Shown in pieces: positions 1-10,613 of a stretch of 64,000 bases of DNA. The notes below the pieces were generated by a model. It worked only from the letters and a program-made list of their open reading frames with translations, searched no databases and had not been told where the DNA came from. This DNA is from Octopus sinensis (taxonomy: Eukaryota), in NCBI RefSeq assembly GCF_006345805.1, contig NC_043002.1, positions 3,038,001 to 3,102,000 on the forward strand, in the 5' to 3' direction. Position 1 is the stretch's first letter, and each line of letters starts with the position of its first letter. A program made the position numbers and the translations under genes.

Positions 1-603
1 CATTCCCCTACCACCCCACCGCATGAAGCTGCAGCCATGTTACCCCTTGAATCCTCGTAATAAAATCCCAATTCCTCAATCTAAATCCATGGCTGGTTTT
101 TATCCATCTCTGTCCTCGGTAGCTTCTAATTAACAAACCAATTAATGAAATCATTCTCTTTACTACAGAGACTTGAGGAGAAACAAATGTTCTGCTTAGA
201 AACACTGGGCTTATGTTTTGCTTTTTTTCAATTAGAAACTCATTAATATATCACAGTAATTAATGATAAACCTATGAAGAATAAATTTATAAATGAGAAA
301 AGGAAATAAATTAGAGGAAAACTTCCAGTAATTGCCGGCCAAATGAGAAAGGAAGAGAATCCAACAGAAATGAAATTTTACATTTTATCTCTAAGAATAT
401 TTCTCTTTTACTTGTCTCAGACATTAGACTGTGGCCATGCTGTGGCACCGCCTTCAAGACTCTCTTAAGTGAAACAAATCAACCCCAGTACTTTTTTTTT
501 TTTTAAAGCCTGGTACTTATTCTATTTTGCTGAACTGCTAAGTCATAGGGACACAAATTACACTGTCACCAGTTGTCAAGAAGTGGAGTACAAACACAAA
601 GGA

Positions 604-957
604 TCATCATCATCATCGTTTAACTTCCGCTTTCCATGCTAGCATGGGTTGGGCGATTTGACTGAGGACTGGCGAACCAGATGGCTGCACCAGGCCCCAA
701 TCTTAATCTGGCAGAGTTTCTACAGCTGGATGCCCTTCCTAACACCAACCACTCTGAGAGTATAGTGGGTGCTTTTTATGTGCCACCGGTACGGGGGCCA
801 GTCAGGCGGTACTGGCAATGACCTCGCTCAAATCATTTTACATATGCCACCGGCACAGGTGCCAGTAAGGCGATGTTGGTAACGATCACACTCGAATAGT
901 GCCCTTTTACGTGCCACCGACACGGAAGCCAGTTAGTCACTCTGGCAACGATCACAC
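604..957 (-). mobile_element. SINE family A ((ATG)n tail, internal ggcacgtaaaaagcacc tandem units)
   Basis: catcatcatcgtttaac..ttccatgctagcatgggttgg signature, shared with many copies in the window. Confidence 0.8.
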
Positions 958-1388
958 TATATGTGTGTGTATGTGTGTGTTTGTGTAAAGTAGGAGTGTA
1001 TATATGTATGTATGTGTGTGTGTGTATACCCAACAAAATATCTGAAACTGTTTCCTTGAGGGAAAAAAAAAAAGATTTGATTTTCAAAATGTGCATCCCA
1101 AAATGGTTTCCAGTAAATAATAATCAGAAAATATAATTTGACGCAGGAAATAGCTCAACTTTTTAGATCGTTAAATCTCCTTCTTACCACAAGAGTGCTA
1201 TCCCTCTTGACCTGACTCATATTCCCATGGCTTCATCCAAAAGGAGCACATATCCTTTTTTTCCCCACCTCCATATATATATATATATATATATATAGAT
1301 ATATATATATATATATTATATATATATATATATATACTTACATCCAAGACCAAAAAGGGTACGGATGCCGCTATATATATATATATAT

Positions 1389-1637
1389 GTAGAAAAATAC
1401 AAACTGGGACAAGAACGCAAAACATTTAGAGGACGATGCAAAAAACACGGGCGGGACATTCGAAGCCTTCGAAGCCTTGGGGCTGGCCAGGTCGGAGCAA
1501 TCTCAAGATTAATCAGCTAAAATTGCGAGGACGATCTGGTTCTTGACTGAAGATTGAAGGCTTCGAATGTCCTGTCCGTGTTTTTTGTATCGTCCTCTAA
1601 ATGTTTTGCGCTCTTGTCCCAGTTTGTATTTTTTTAC
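1389..1637. repeat. Inverted repeat with 82-bp arms (1389-1470 and 1556-1637) and an 85-bp spacer, within (TA)n
   Basis: Arms are near-perfect reverse complements (coordinate sum 3026 at both ends). Confidence 0.85.
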
Positions 1638-1643
1638 ATATAC

Positions 1644-1698
<55 letters not shown>

Positions 1699-2169
1699 GC
1701 CCTGTAGCTACCAGTTGAAATTTATAGTTGTATATTCCAGTTGATAGTTGGAGGTGTTCATACATCTTGAATTCACTGCTCATGGATCAGTTTACACACC
1801 TGGTTAGACACAGATTATGACATTTAACAAATGAGCACACCCACCCTCCTCACAGCTAGAATCAACTATGTTCAACCAGGTACATTTACACGTATATGAA
1901 CACACAAGTCAAGATATTAGCTGATGCTACAGGTACATGTATGGAAATGCCCACAAATTTGGACAATATCTTTTAAACTCAACATCATCATCATTATTAT
2001 TGTTGTTTAACATCCGTTTTCCATGCTGGTATAGGTTGGACAGTTAGACAGAAGCTGGCCAGCCAGGAAGGGGCCCAGACTGTCTGTTGTGGCATGGTGT
2101 CTATGGCTGGGTGCCCTTTTCTAATGCCAAAATATACTTTAATTTATGGCTTATAAATTCCTTGCATGT

Positions 2170-2230
<61 letters not shown>

Positions 2231-2457
2231 GAAATATTAAAATAACTAAGTCTCTCTAAAAGAGAACAGCGGCAACGTTCCCGGAAAATAATAGTTATTG
2301 CCATACTAATATGGCATTCTTATAAAAATAAGAAAAAAGCTGTCCGCTTATTAGCTCCATGAGGCCATCGTCTTAAGTTAGCTATTTGATACACAAACTG
2401 TATCCATATAACCTTCAAACAAGGGAGGTCAGTCGCTCCACACTACTTGACCAGCAG

Positions 2458-2497
2458 CTACAGACGCGTTTCGGGGTATTGCCCCTTTTCAATGCAG
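2458..2497 (-). ncRNA. Minimal type I hammerhead ribozyme (U3-A8 core variant)
   Basis: Minus-strand CTGCA-TTGAAAA-GGGG(caata)CCCC-GAAAC-GC-GTC-TGTAG: stem I CUGCA/UGUAG, stem II G4/C4, palindromic stem III ACGCGU, GUC cleavage triplet. Confidence 0.75.
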
Positions 2498-2863
2498 CGT
2501 AGCCAGCCAGTAGGTGTCGCTTCCGACAATCTCTGTTCGATGGTTTTATTTACCTAGTTTCGGTGGAATACATCCACTTGTTTTCAATAATAGAAATATT
2601 AAAATAACTAAGTCTCTCTAAAAGAGAACAGCGGCAGCATTCCCGGAAAATAATAGTTATCGCCATACTAATATGGCATTCTTATAAAAATAAGAAAAAA
2701 GCTGTCCGCTTATTAGCTCCATGAGGCCATCGCCTTAAGTTAGCTATTTGATACACAAACTGTATCCATATAACCTTCGAACAAGGGATGTATTCCACCG
2801 AAACTAGGTAAATAAAACCATCGAACAGAGATTGTCGGAAGCGACACCTACTGGCTGGCTACG

Positions 2864-2903
2864 CTGCATTGAAAAGGGGCAATACCCCGAAACGTGTCTG
2901 TAG
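2864..2903 (+). ncRNA. Minimal type I hammerhead ribozyme copy (stem III palindrome altered to ACGTGT)
   Basis: Same motif as 2458-2497 with one C>T change at a CpG in stem III. Confidence 0.65.
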
Positions 2904-3225
2904 CTGCTGGTCAAGTAGTGTGGAGCGACTGACCTCCCTTGTTCGAAGGTTATATGGATACAGTTTGTGTATCAAATAGCTAACTTAAGGCGATGGCCTC
3001 ATGGAGCTAATAAGCGGACGGCTTTTTTCTTATTTTTATAAGAATGCCATATTAGTATGGCGATAACTATTATTTTCCGGGAACGCTGCCGCTGTTCTCT
3101 TTTAGAGAGACTTAGTTATTTTAATATTTCTATTATTGAAAACAAGTGGATGTATTCCACCGAAACTAGGTAAATAAAACCATCGAACAGAGATTGTCGG
3201 AAGCGACACCTACTGGGTGGCTACG

Positions 3226-3265
3226 CTGCATTGAAAAGGGGCAATACCCCGAAACGCGTCTGTAG
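3226..3265 (+). ncRNA. Minimal type I hammerhead ribozyme copy, intact
   Basis: CTGCA TTGAAAA GGGG CAATA CCCC GAAAC GC GTC TGTAG, exactly 362 bp from the previous copy. Confidence 0.75.
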
Positions 3266-3435
3266 CTGCTGGTCAAGTAGTGTGGAGCAACTGACCTCCC
3301 TTGTTCGAAGGTTATATGGATACAGTTTGTGTATCAAATAGCTAACTTAAGGCGATGGCCTCATGCAGCTAATAAGCGGACAGCTTTTTTCTTATTTTTA
3401 TAAGAATGCCATATTAGTATGGCGATAACTATTAT

Positions 3436-3534
<99 letters not shown>

Positions 3535-3742
3535 TTGGCTTTGTTTACATACTCTCAAGTTTATTATGATTATAATTATTACTGCCATTGTGATTATGAA
3601 CAACAAAATCCAAATATATATTCAAAGTTTAAGACGGAAAAACAAAGTCTGTCCCTCTCCCCACCCACCACACCGATGTGCAATTTTCCCCCAACCCCAC
3701 TCACCACCAAGTGCCATCCATTTTGTGTAGCACTAGATTACA

Positions 3743-4204
3743 CAGTTCTATATAAAAATGGAGACCACCCTATCCCTGTGGGATGAAGTTAGAATAATAG
3801 ACAGAGAACACCACTGGAAAATACAAAAACTAAAAGAAACAGCACATATGCTAGGACACAACAACCTCCTAAGCAGACTGAGTGCAGGTTTGAATAGCAT
3901 ATAGGAACCGGTATTAAGGAAGGATAGGAGAATATTAGATTTATAAGGCCTAAAATTCACTCCATAATTGCCCACAGGCATATGGCAAAGTGGGAAAGAG
4001 CACAGGCTACTAACCCCAAGATTCCAAGTTCGATTCCAGGCAGTGACCTGAATAATAATAATAACATTGAAAAATACCTTAGGAATGAGAACCCAGGTTC
4101 GAAATTTCCCCAAGACACCTGATGAAGGCTGGAGGGTATATCAGCCGAAATGTTGTGTTAGCAACAAACAAGATGAGGACAAATATCTGTCAAATGTAAA
4201 TAAT
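3743..4204 (+). mobile_element. 5'-truncated Penelope-like element: GIY-YIG C-terminal remnant, tRNA-like segment and hammerhead
   Basis: 13-bp TSD gcactagattaca (3730-3742 and 4205-4217). Frame from 3776 reads LWDEVRIIDREHHWKIQKLKETAHMLGHNNLLSR..NSI*EPVLRK, like Penelope endonuclease tails. A/B-box-like segment at about 3975-4045. Confidence 0.7.
4114..4159 (+). ncRNA. Minimal type I hammerhead motif, second family
   Basis: GACAC-CTGATGA-A-GGCTG(loop)CAGCC-GAAA-T-GTT-GTGTT. Stem I GACAC/GUGUU; C15.2 changed to T. Confidence 0.6.
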
Positions 4205-7061
4205 GCACTAGATTACAGTTTCAATATCAGGCAACTTCACAAAGTACTTTAGCTTCATCATCGCTTCAGAATTAATTTTTTAATTTTCCTGTTAATAGGA
4301 CAACGATGAAGTTAAATGACTAAACTTTAAACAGCAACTGCAGTAAATTAGGGGATTCACATTACCATAACATTCATTGATGATATGATCCCTTACAAAT
4401 ATTAACTCCAATTATTATTGCTGTTGCTGCTGCACAAATTAATTTATTATTTTAAATGTATCTTAATTTGTATGAAGAGAAAGCAAAAAATATAGATATG
4501 TGGTTCCAGGTTCAGTCCCACTGCTGGTATCTCAGGCAAATGTCTTCTACTATAGCCTCAAGCCAACCAAAGTCTGTGAGTGGATTTGGTAGACAGAAAC
4601 TGAAACAAGCCTCTGTGTGGGGGGGGGTGACTGTATGTGTGTGTGTGTGACTGTGTGTATGTGACCACCACTTAACAACTAGTGTCAGTGTATTTATGTC
4701 CCCATAAATTAGCAGTTTCACAAAACAGACCAACAGAACAAGTATCAGAAATGGAAAGAGAAATAAGTCCTGGGTTGGAGTCCGACTAAAAGTTCTTCAA
4801 AGCAGTAATCCAGCATGGCTGCAGTCCAATGACTGAAGCAAGCAAAGGATAAAATATCAATCTGGATCTCTCCTTCTCTCACACACACACACACACGATG
4901 CATATGGCTGTTGTGATTTAGCAAATAGAAAGAAAGAGGTGAAAGGAGTTAAGAAATTTTAAACTAGGTCAGTCGTTTTGTGTGACAGAGAATATACTTG
5001 CACAAAAAAAGACATGAAGACACTGTTGCTCAGGGACGGTTGCCTGTAGCAACGGTGTAACTTGTTTTTTATATATTTGTTAACAATCTTAACTAAAAAA
5101 AAATGTAACAATGAAAAAAAGCAGCACATAGACATAAATGATTTGTGGGGAGAACTACATGTAAATAAGTTTGGTGCCTTACAATTCTGAAATTAACTTG
5201 ATGGAATGTGAAACAATAGGTAATGTGAAAAAATAAATAAATTCTAAATTTTCTCCACATAAAAGCAAAACAACATTGATTAAAGTTAGAAGCAGCCAGG
5301 GTTGCAGAATAAAAAATTTGCAGTCGGAAAAGCAAAAATGTTATGCTTGACAGTTTCATGCAATGCATGTTAGAGTAACAGGGAAAAAAAGGACTCAAAA
5401 AGTTTTTTAAAATCCAACATTTGATTGATCAGTTAATCCTTTTTCCTTAAACTACACAGTATCTGCCTAAAATAATTTCCTTTACAAAAAGACTGGATTA
5501 TTGAGAATGTTGGAATGTCTTGAACGAAGAAATTAAGTTGTTTAATTTTCAGCTTACCTAAAAACTCATTTTTTAAAACATTCTTTTTCTTATCATAGCT
5601 GTTGCTTAAAAGAAACAAATTTATTATTGTTGTTGTTGTTCCAAATGCTATAAATTTTCAGGTAGAGATCCTGGTACGGAAAATAAAAAATCCTGTTAAA
5701 AAATTATTTCTCTAGACAAAGTTTATTTCGAATACAGAGTAGGCAGTTATCTCCCCTACACTTTAAGGCTGTAAAAACGAATCTCTTACGGGAAAGCCAC
5801 CTTCAAACAAAGGAAAATGTTAAGATTTTTGTGATTTTAGGATTTAGAAAGAATAAAAGAAAACCCACAAAGTGTTTCTATGCTCCTAAATAAAGAATGA
5901 AGTTATTAGTTATGAGATCCTCGGTGAAATTTTAAATAGAAACTAATTTCAAATGTTTAGAGGTTATACAATATTTGTTTTTACCAACAAAAATACATTT
6001 CAAAATCTTTTGTTGCTTCTAGAATTTTTTGCCTTTTTTGGAAAGATTAATATCTGCAAATATTTGAAATAACAATACATTAACTTATAATCAAATCAGG
6101 AAAACAAACAACAAAATATGGAGAAGACTATAGAATAATAATAATAATAAATCTAAATAAAATGCAGTTTTAATATATTAATTACAAACATGCAAGTATC
6201 AGCTGAAAATAAACAATGTTAATTAAATATTTTAATGAGACACATTATAAATAGCCAGGTGAAAGATGGGAAAAAGCAACGGGCCTTTCAATGGCCCCGT
6301 TGGGTCTTTCCAGTTTAAAATTTCTCCTATTGTTTTCTACAACTTCAGATGGAATGGTTCATCACAGATTGTAGAGTATTTGATGTAATATGAAACATTT
6401 CTTGTATTTGGACAGGGGCTAAGACCAAAATTGTGTCAAACAGGTCAGCTCAAGCTCCTTCACAAACAGGAATTCCGAAAATCCTCCACCCAATCTGCCT
6501 ATTTCTTTTTTTATAATTCTATAACAACGCGTTTATGTAAGCAACACCAAGATGAGCAAAACTTAGTTTTAGAATTAAGCAATAGATTATGAAAGACAAC
6601 AGCACAACACACATTTTAGTCAATTCAACAAAAATATCAACACTTGGAAAACAAAAGGCATACCAAAAGAAGAACCTGATTTTAAAATAACGATCAACAG
6701 AAAATATCACACAAAAAAAAAAGAAAGATTAACCAGAGCTATTGAATGTCACATGCCAGTTTCTAATTTTTACCCTAAAATGTTATTTCAATGACACAAA
6801 GGAAACACAATTCAACCAAATAAATTTGGTTCTACAAAAGATATTAAACACAAACAACATCAAAAACGATAAAAAGAAACTAGAAAAACAAGATCCGATC
6901 AGAGGAGCAAACAGTTAGCATTGGACCTTATAATTGTTGACTAATGACAACATCGGTGATTATTACAAAAATTCTTTTAGATGTAGCTTGATTCTGATGA
7001 ACTAAATCTAAATTTTCGTGAAGAATTGTATGGCTGTAGATGGGAAATTAGATCAACTGAC

Positions 7062-7382
7062 CTGGTTCTGAGATGTAGACGATGTTGAAAAGCTTAAACA
7101 AAGCTACCTGGGCAGCCGCTGCCTTGGCAAGTTTCTTGCTGCGACCAGCCCCCTGCACCGTTTGGTCATTAGCCTTTACCGACATGACAAAATTCCTATC
7201 ATGAGGAGGACCAGATTCTGACATCAGTTCATAAACCAAAGGTTCGGGCAACAATTCATTTAGATACATAACCGGGTTTTTGGTTGTAAGAGTTGGTTTA
7301 AGAGACTGCGTTCCTTTGTTCTCATTGTCAGCATTGTCTTCAACAGTTTCAATTATAACATTAGGATCTTCAGTGGAGTTTC
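7062..7382 (-). CDS. ADAR2: Internal exon of an ADAR-family (ADAR2-like) adenosine deaminase encoding one complete dsRNA-binding domain
   Basis: Translation ...TTKNPVMYLNELLPEPLVYELMSESGPPHDRNFVMSVKANDQTVQGAGRSKKLAKAAAAQVALFKLFNIVYISEP matches the ADAR2 dsRBD pattern (KNPVMxLNEL, SESG, FVMSV, GRxKKLAKAxAAQxAL..FN). Acceptor ctaat..tttgttttcaactgtttttatttag|GA, donor CCAG|gtcagt. Length 321 nt, phase 1 to phase 1. ADAR2 versus a cephalopod ADAR-like paralog cannot be settled from one domain. Confidence 0.85.
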
Positions 7383-8517
7383 CTAAATAAAAACAGTTGA
7401 AAACAAAGTAATTAGAGAATAGGACACGAAACATTTCCTACCTCTACATAACTGATTACGACAACTACTTATCGCAAGCAACTAACAAATTAAGCAGAAC
7501 CATTCCAAAAGAACTCTACCATTTAAACAAATCCTGCTAAATCTACTCAACAGATGATCAAAATCTAAGAATCTACTGCGAACACAAAGCATGTGACAGC
7601 AAACATTCACTGAATCAAATTCAGGTGTCCAATTACTACTATGTTAGGTAGCAGTAAATGAAATATATACCATAAGGAACAATGTGATATCAACTAATTT
7701 TACTACAAAAACTGAATTCAAACAAAAGCAGATATGAAGCACAAATACGAAACAAACAGAAAAGAAAACTGAGACAAGCATTTCTAATAAAGAAACAAAA
7801 TTTCATACTAAAAATATCTGGAAAAAGCTCTCAAAACTGGAAAAACATTGTTTCATGATTACTGAAAATGCCATTTATAACTGGATTGTGGAATTGAGAT
7901 GTTAATACAGCAACAGTCGACAAGTGTTCTTAGAAGATCAAGTTCAATCGAAATATATACAACATGGGAATTATTAACCCTAATACTTACAGAAAAACAA
8001 CAACATTGTTTTCATGTTCGTTATAAAACTAAGAACCTTATTTGACCCAAAAAAAAAAAAAAATTAATAATAATTATCATAAATATAAAGGGGGAACAAA
8101 TGAAAAACTGAATCTGTTGATGGAATTAGAATATCGCATCAAATTATTCTCAGCAGAGAATTTAATTGTTTTGGATTTTAGTTTAAGCTCCAAATGTTGA
8201 AAAAAATAGGTTTCGTTTTTTGAACAGATTTTGGCACTTTTCCCAAATTCAGAATGGAAAAGAAAAACAGACAACAGCTGGATTCAAATGAAATACACTT
8301 AGCTTCTGGTGGTTGAACGAGCTAATTCCATTTGCTAACCTCTGACCTTTCGGACAATGATGAAAAACTGCATTCCCTCGTTTTTAATTATTAAAGACCC
8401 ACAAATGTATTCTAATGGCCCCAGAGCGAAAGCTGAGACTAGTAAAAAAACTGACAGAAATCTAGGTTCCTTTGTGGGGTTTTTTCGAATCCATATTTTG
8501 AACAAAATATTGCAGTG

Positions 8518-9714
8518 TATAAGGGTGGGCTGAAAAGTTCATAGGCTGACTATGAAGGAGTGACTAAGAAGTACTATGAAATCTTACATACATTAATTTC
8601 AACCCTTCTTATTAATTACTGCATTGTTTCTTTCCAGATAAACTGACATCTGACCGTTCAAAAAAGACTTCAAGAGTAACTGGTAGTGACTTCTCTTGGA
8701 AATAGACAAAATCTGGCATCATGATGTTATCAAGTACTTGCAGGAAAAGGGTTCAGCCCCCAATAGCATTCATGCTGACATGGTTGCTACATTAGAGGAT
8801 GATGCTCCAGCTTTATCAACAGTCCAAAAGTGGGGAGCAGAATTTAGGAGATGAAGGGAGTGTTTTGAAGATGACCCAATGTCTGGACATCCTGCAACTG
8901 ACACCACCGAGGAAAACCTTGATCGTGTTCACCACATGGTGATGGACGACAGGTGATTGACCAGAAACCAAATAGCCAATGCTATTAGCATATCCCTAGA
9001 CAGAGTTGAGAATATTCTGCACAAGGAACCTGGCATGACAAAGGTTTCTGCTTGGAGAAATCCGACATTGTCTGAGGCAGATCCAGCTGATATCCTTGAA
9101 CATTTCCTAACCCAACATCAGTGTTGGGTTCATCATTTTGAGACAATCCATGCAGTGGGAAACACTCCTCCTCAACTGCTCCAAAGAAGGCCAAGGTCAT
9201 TTCATCTGCAAGGAAGGTGATGGCATCAGGTTTTTTGGGGTGCAAAAAGGCATTGTGTTTATTGACTGCCTTCGAAAGGGCCACACCATCAACAAAGAGT
9301 ACTCTGCCAACTTGCCGCGGTGGTTATGAAAAGCTATCATGACCAAACACCCAGGAAAACTGAGGAAAGGGATCTTGTTACATCAGGATAATGCTCCAGC
9401 ACCCAAGTCCTTGACTTTAGTGGCTGCTGTGCACGATTGTGGCTCTGAACTGGTTTGATCAGCCTCCTCTCATTCTGCCGATCTGGCCTCATCTGTTCCC
9501 TAACACGAAAAACACTTGGCTGGGAACCAGTATCAAAGTGATGATGTTGTCACATCTGCTTTTGATCAACAGGATGAGGGCTTCCTCACCAAAGGGATTC
9601 AAGCACTGCAACACCAATGAAAGAAGTGCAAGAACTGCAGGGGGGGGGGGATAAACCTCGTTTGGTCCCATTCCATGAGAGTTCAGCCAATGAACTTTTC
9701 AGTCAACCCACATA
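8518..9714 (+). mobile_element. Near full-length decayed mariner (DD34D-type) transposon
   Basis: About 30-bp imperfect TIRs with TA ends (tataagggtgggctgaaaagttcataggctga and tcagccaatgaacttttcagtcaacccacata). Frameshifted transposase motifs: KYLQEKG..IHADM..STVQKW, EDDPMSGHP, GKVMASGFWG.KGIVFID, LHQDNAP. Confidence 0.9.
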
Positions 9715-10518
9715 AGTCTCAGGATAAAGAAATGAATTTGAATCTGATTCTACATAGAAATTCCAGTGAGCCAGAGAATGGTCAGGAAAAGTGCCAGGAT
9801 GGACACATGAGTGTGTCCATGTATAAACACACATACACAGGGCACACCACATGGACTAGTTTCAGATTATGTAGCTTGGAACATTAAAAACGTCTAAGAA
9901 TCCTTCAAAAAACAAGGTAAACTGCTGGTAAACAAAGATGCCAAGTTTCAATTCTCTACTAAAGTCATTTCCTTTGGCTTTCATCGCTAATTTCTTTCAA
10001 AACTTGTAGATTACATCTAACTTTCCCTCTTTAATTAGGCCTTATGCCAAGTCAAGAGAAACCACCATTTCAAGCTATTAAATCATAGACAAGTATAAGA
10101 GTCGATAAGATAACTAGACAGAACAGTAGGCTACAACAAAAATGTATTAGGAAGAACATGCTCCAAGAATCTGTCTAAATCTTCAACATAATTCAGCCGA
10201 TACCTCCATGTAAAAACCTGAAGACAAAATAATTTGTTTGAATTTTGCCACAAAAGATAACATAATTGAATCCAACACCTAGAAGCCAAAATTTTCCAAA
10301 ATGGAATCAGTGATACTTCCAATATTACCTGAAGGTAATTAGAGAAAAAAAAAAGTCAAAAACAATGGTTTTTTATTGTTTTTTTTTTCCAAGTAAATCT
10401 TTATTTATAAAACTAATATTGTACTGAATCTGGGGAGCTGTCACCTACAGGATGGCATCAGCTGTAAAAATGGAGAAAGGAAAAAGAAACAAAATATTTT
10501 AAATTGATTTTTTTTTAC

Positions 10519-10613
10519 CTGGAGATCCTAAAGATTTGTTCAGTTTCAGAGAACTTGACCACTTTCGCAGATATTCCAATACTTCTACGGCCTTAACCTG
10601 ACCATTAACTATG
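10519..10613 (-). CDS. Probable upstream coding exon of the ADAR-like gene (IVNGQVKAVEVLEYLRKWSSSLKLNKSLGSP-G)
   Basis: Acceptor ttcttgctgttttctag|C and donor CCAG|gtaaaa bound a 95-nt open frame. It enters in phase 2 and exits in phase 1, matching the phase-1 acceptor at 7382. No homology recognised. Confidence 0.5.

Larger units (their letters stand above)
2227..3438. mobile_element. Inverted tandem array of a 362-bp hammerhead-containing (retrozyme/Penelope pLTR-like) unit inserted in a (TA)n tract
   Basis: About 1.55 units at 2227-2788 and about 1.8 units in the opposite orientation at 2786-3438. Period 362 confirmed in both halves (2227/2589 and 2786/3148). The two same-orientation left copies differ at 5 of about 200 positions. 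(TA)n on both flanks; no long ORF. Confidence 0.85.

Noticed and set aside
1547-1575. CTGAAGA...GAATGTC hammerhead-like string in the 82-bp inverted repeat
   Set aside because: It has GAAT rather than GAAA, and no stem I complementarity was found.
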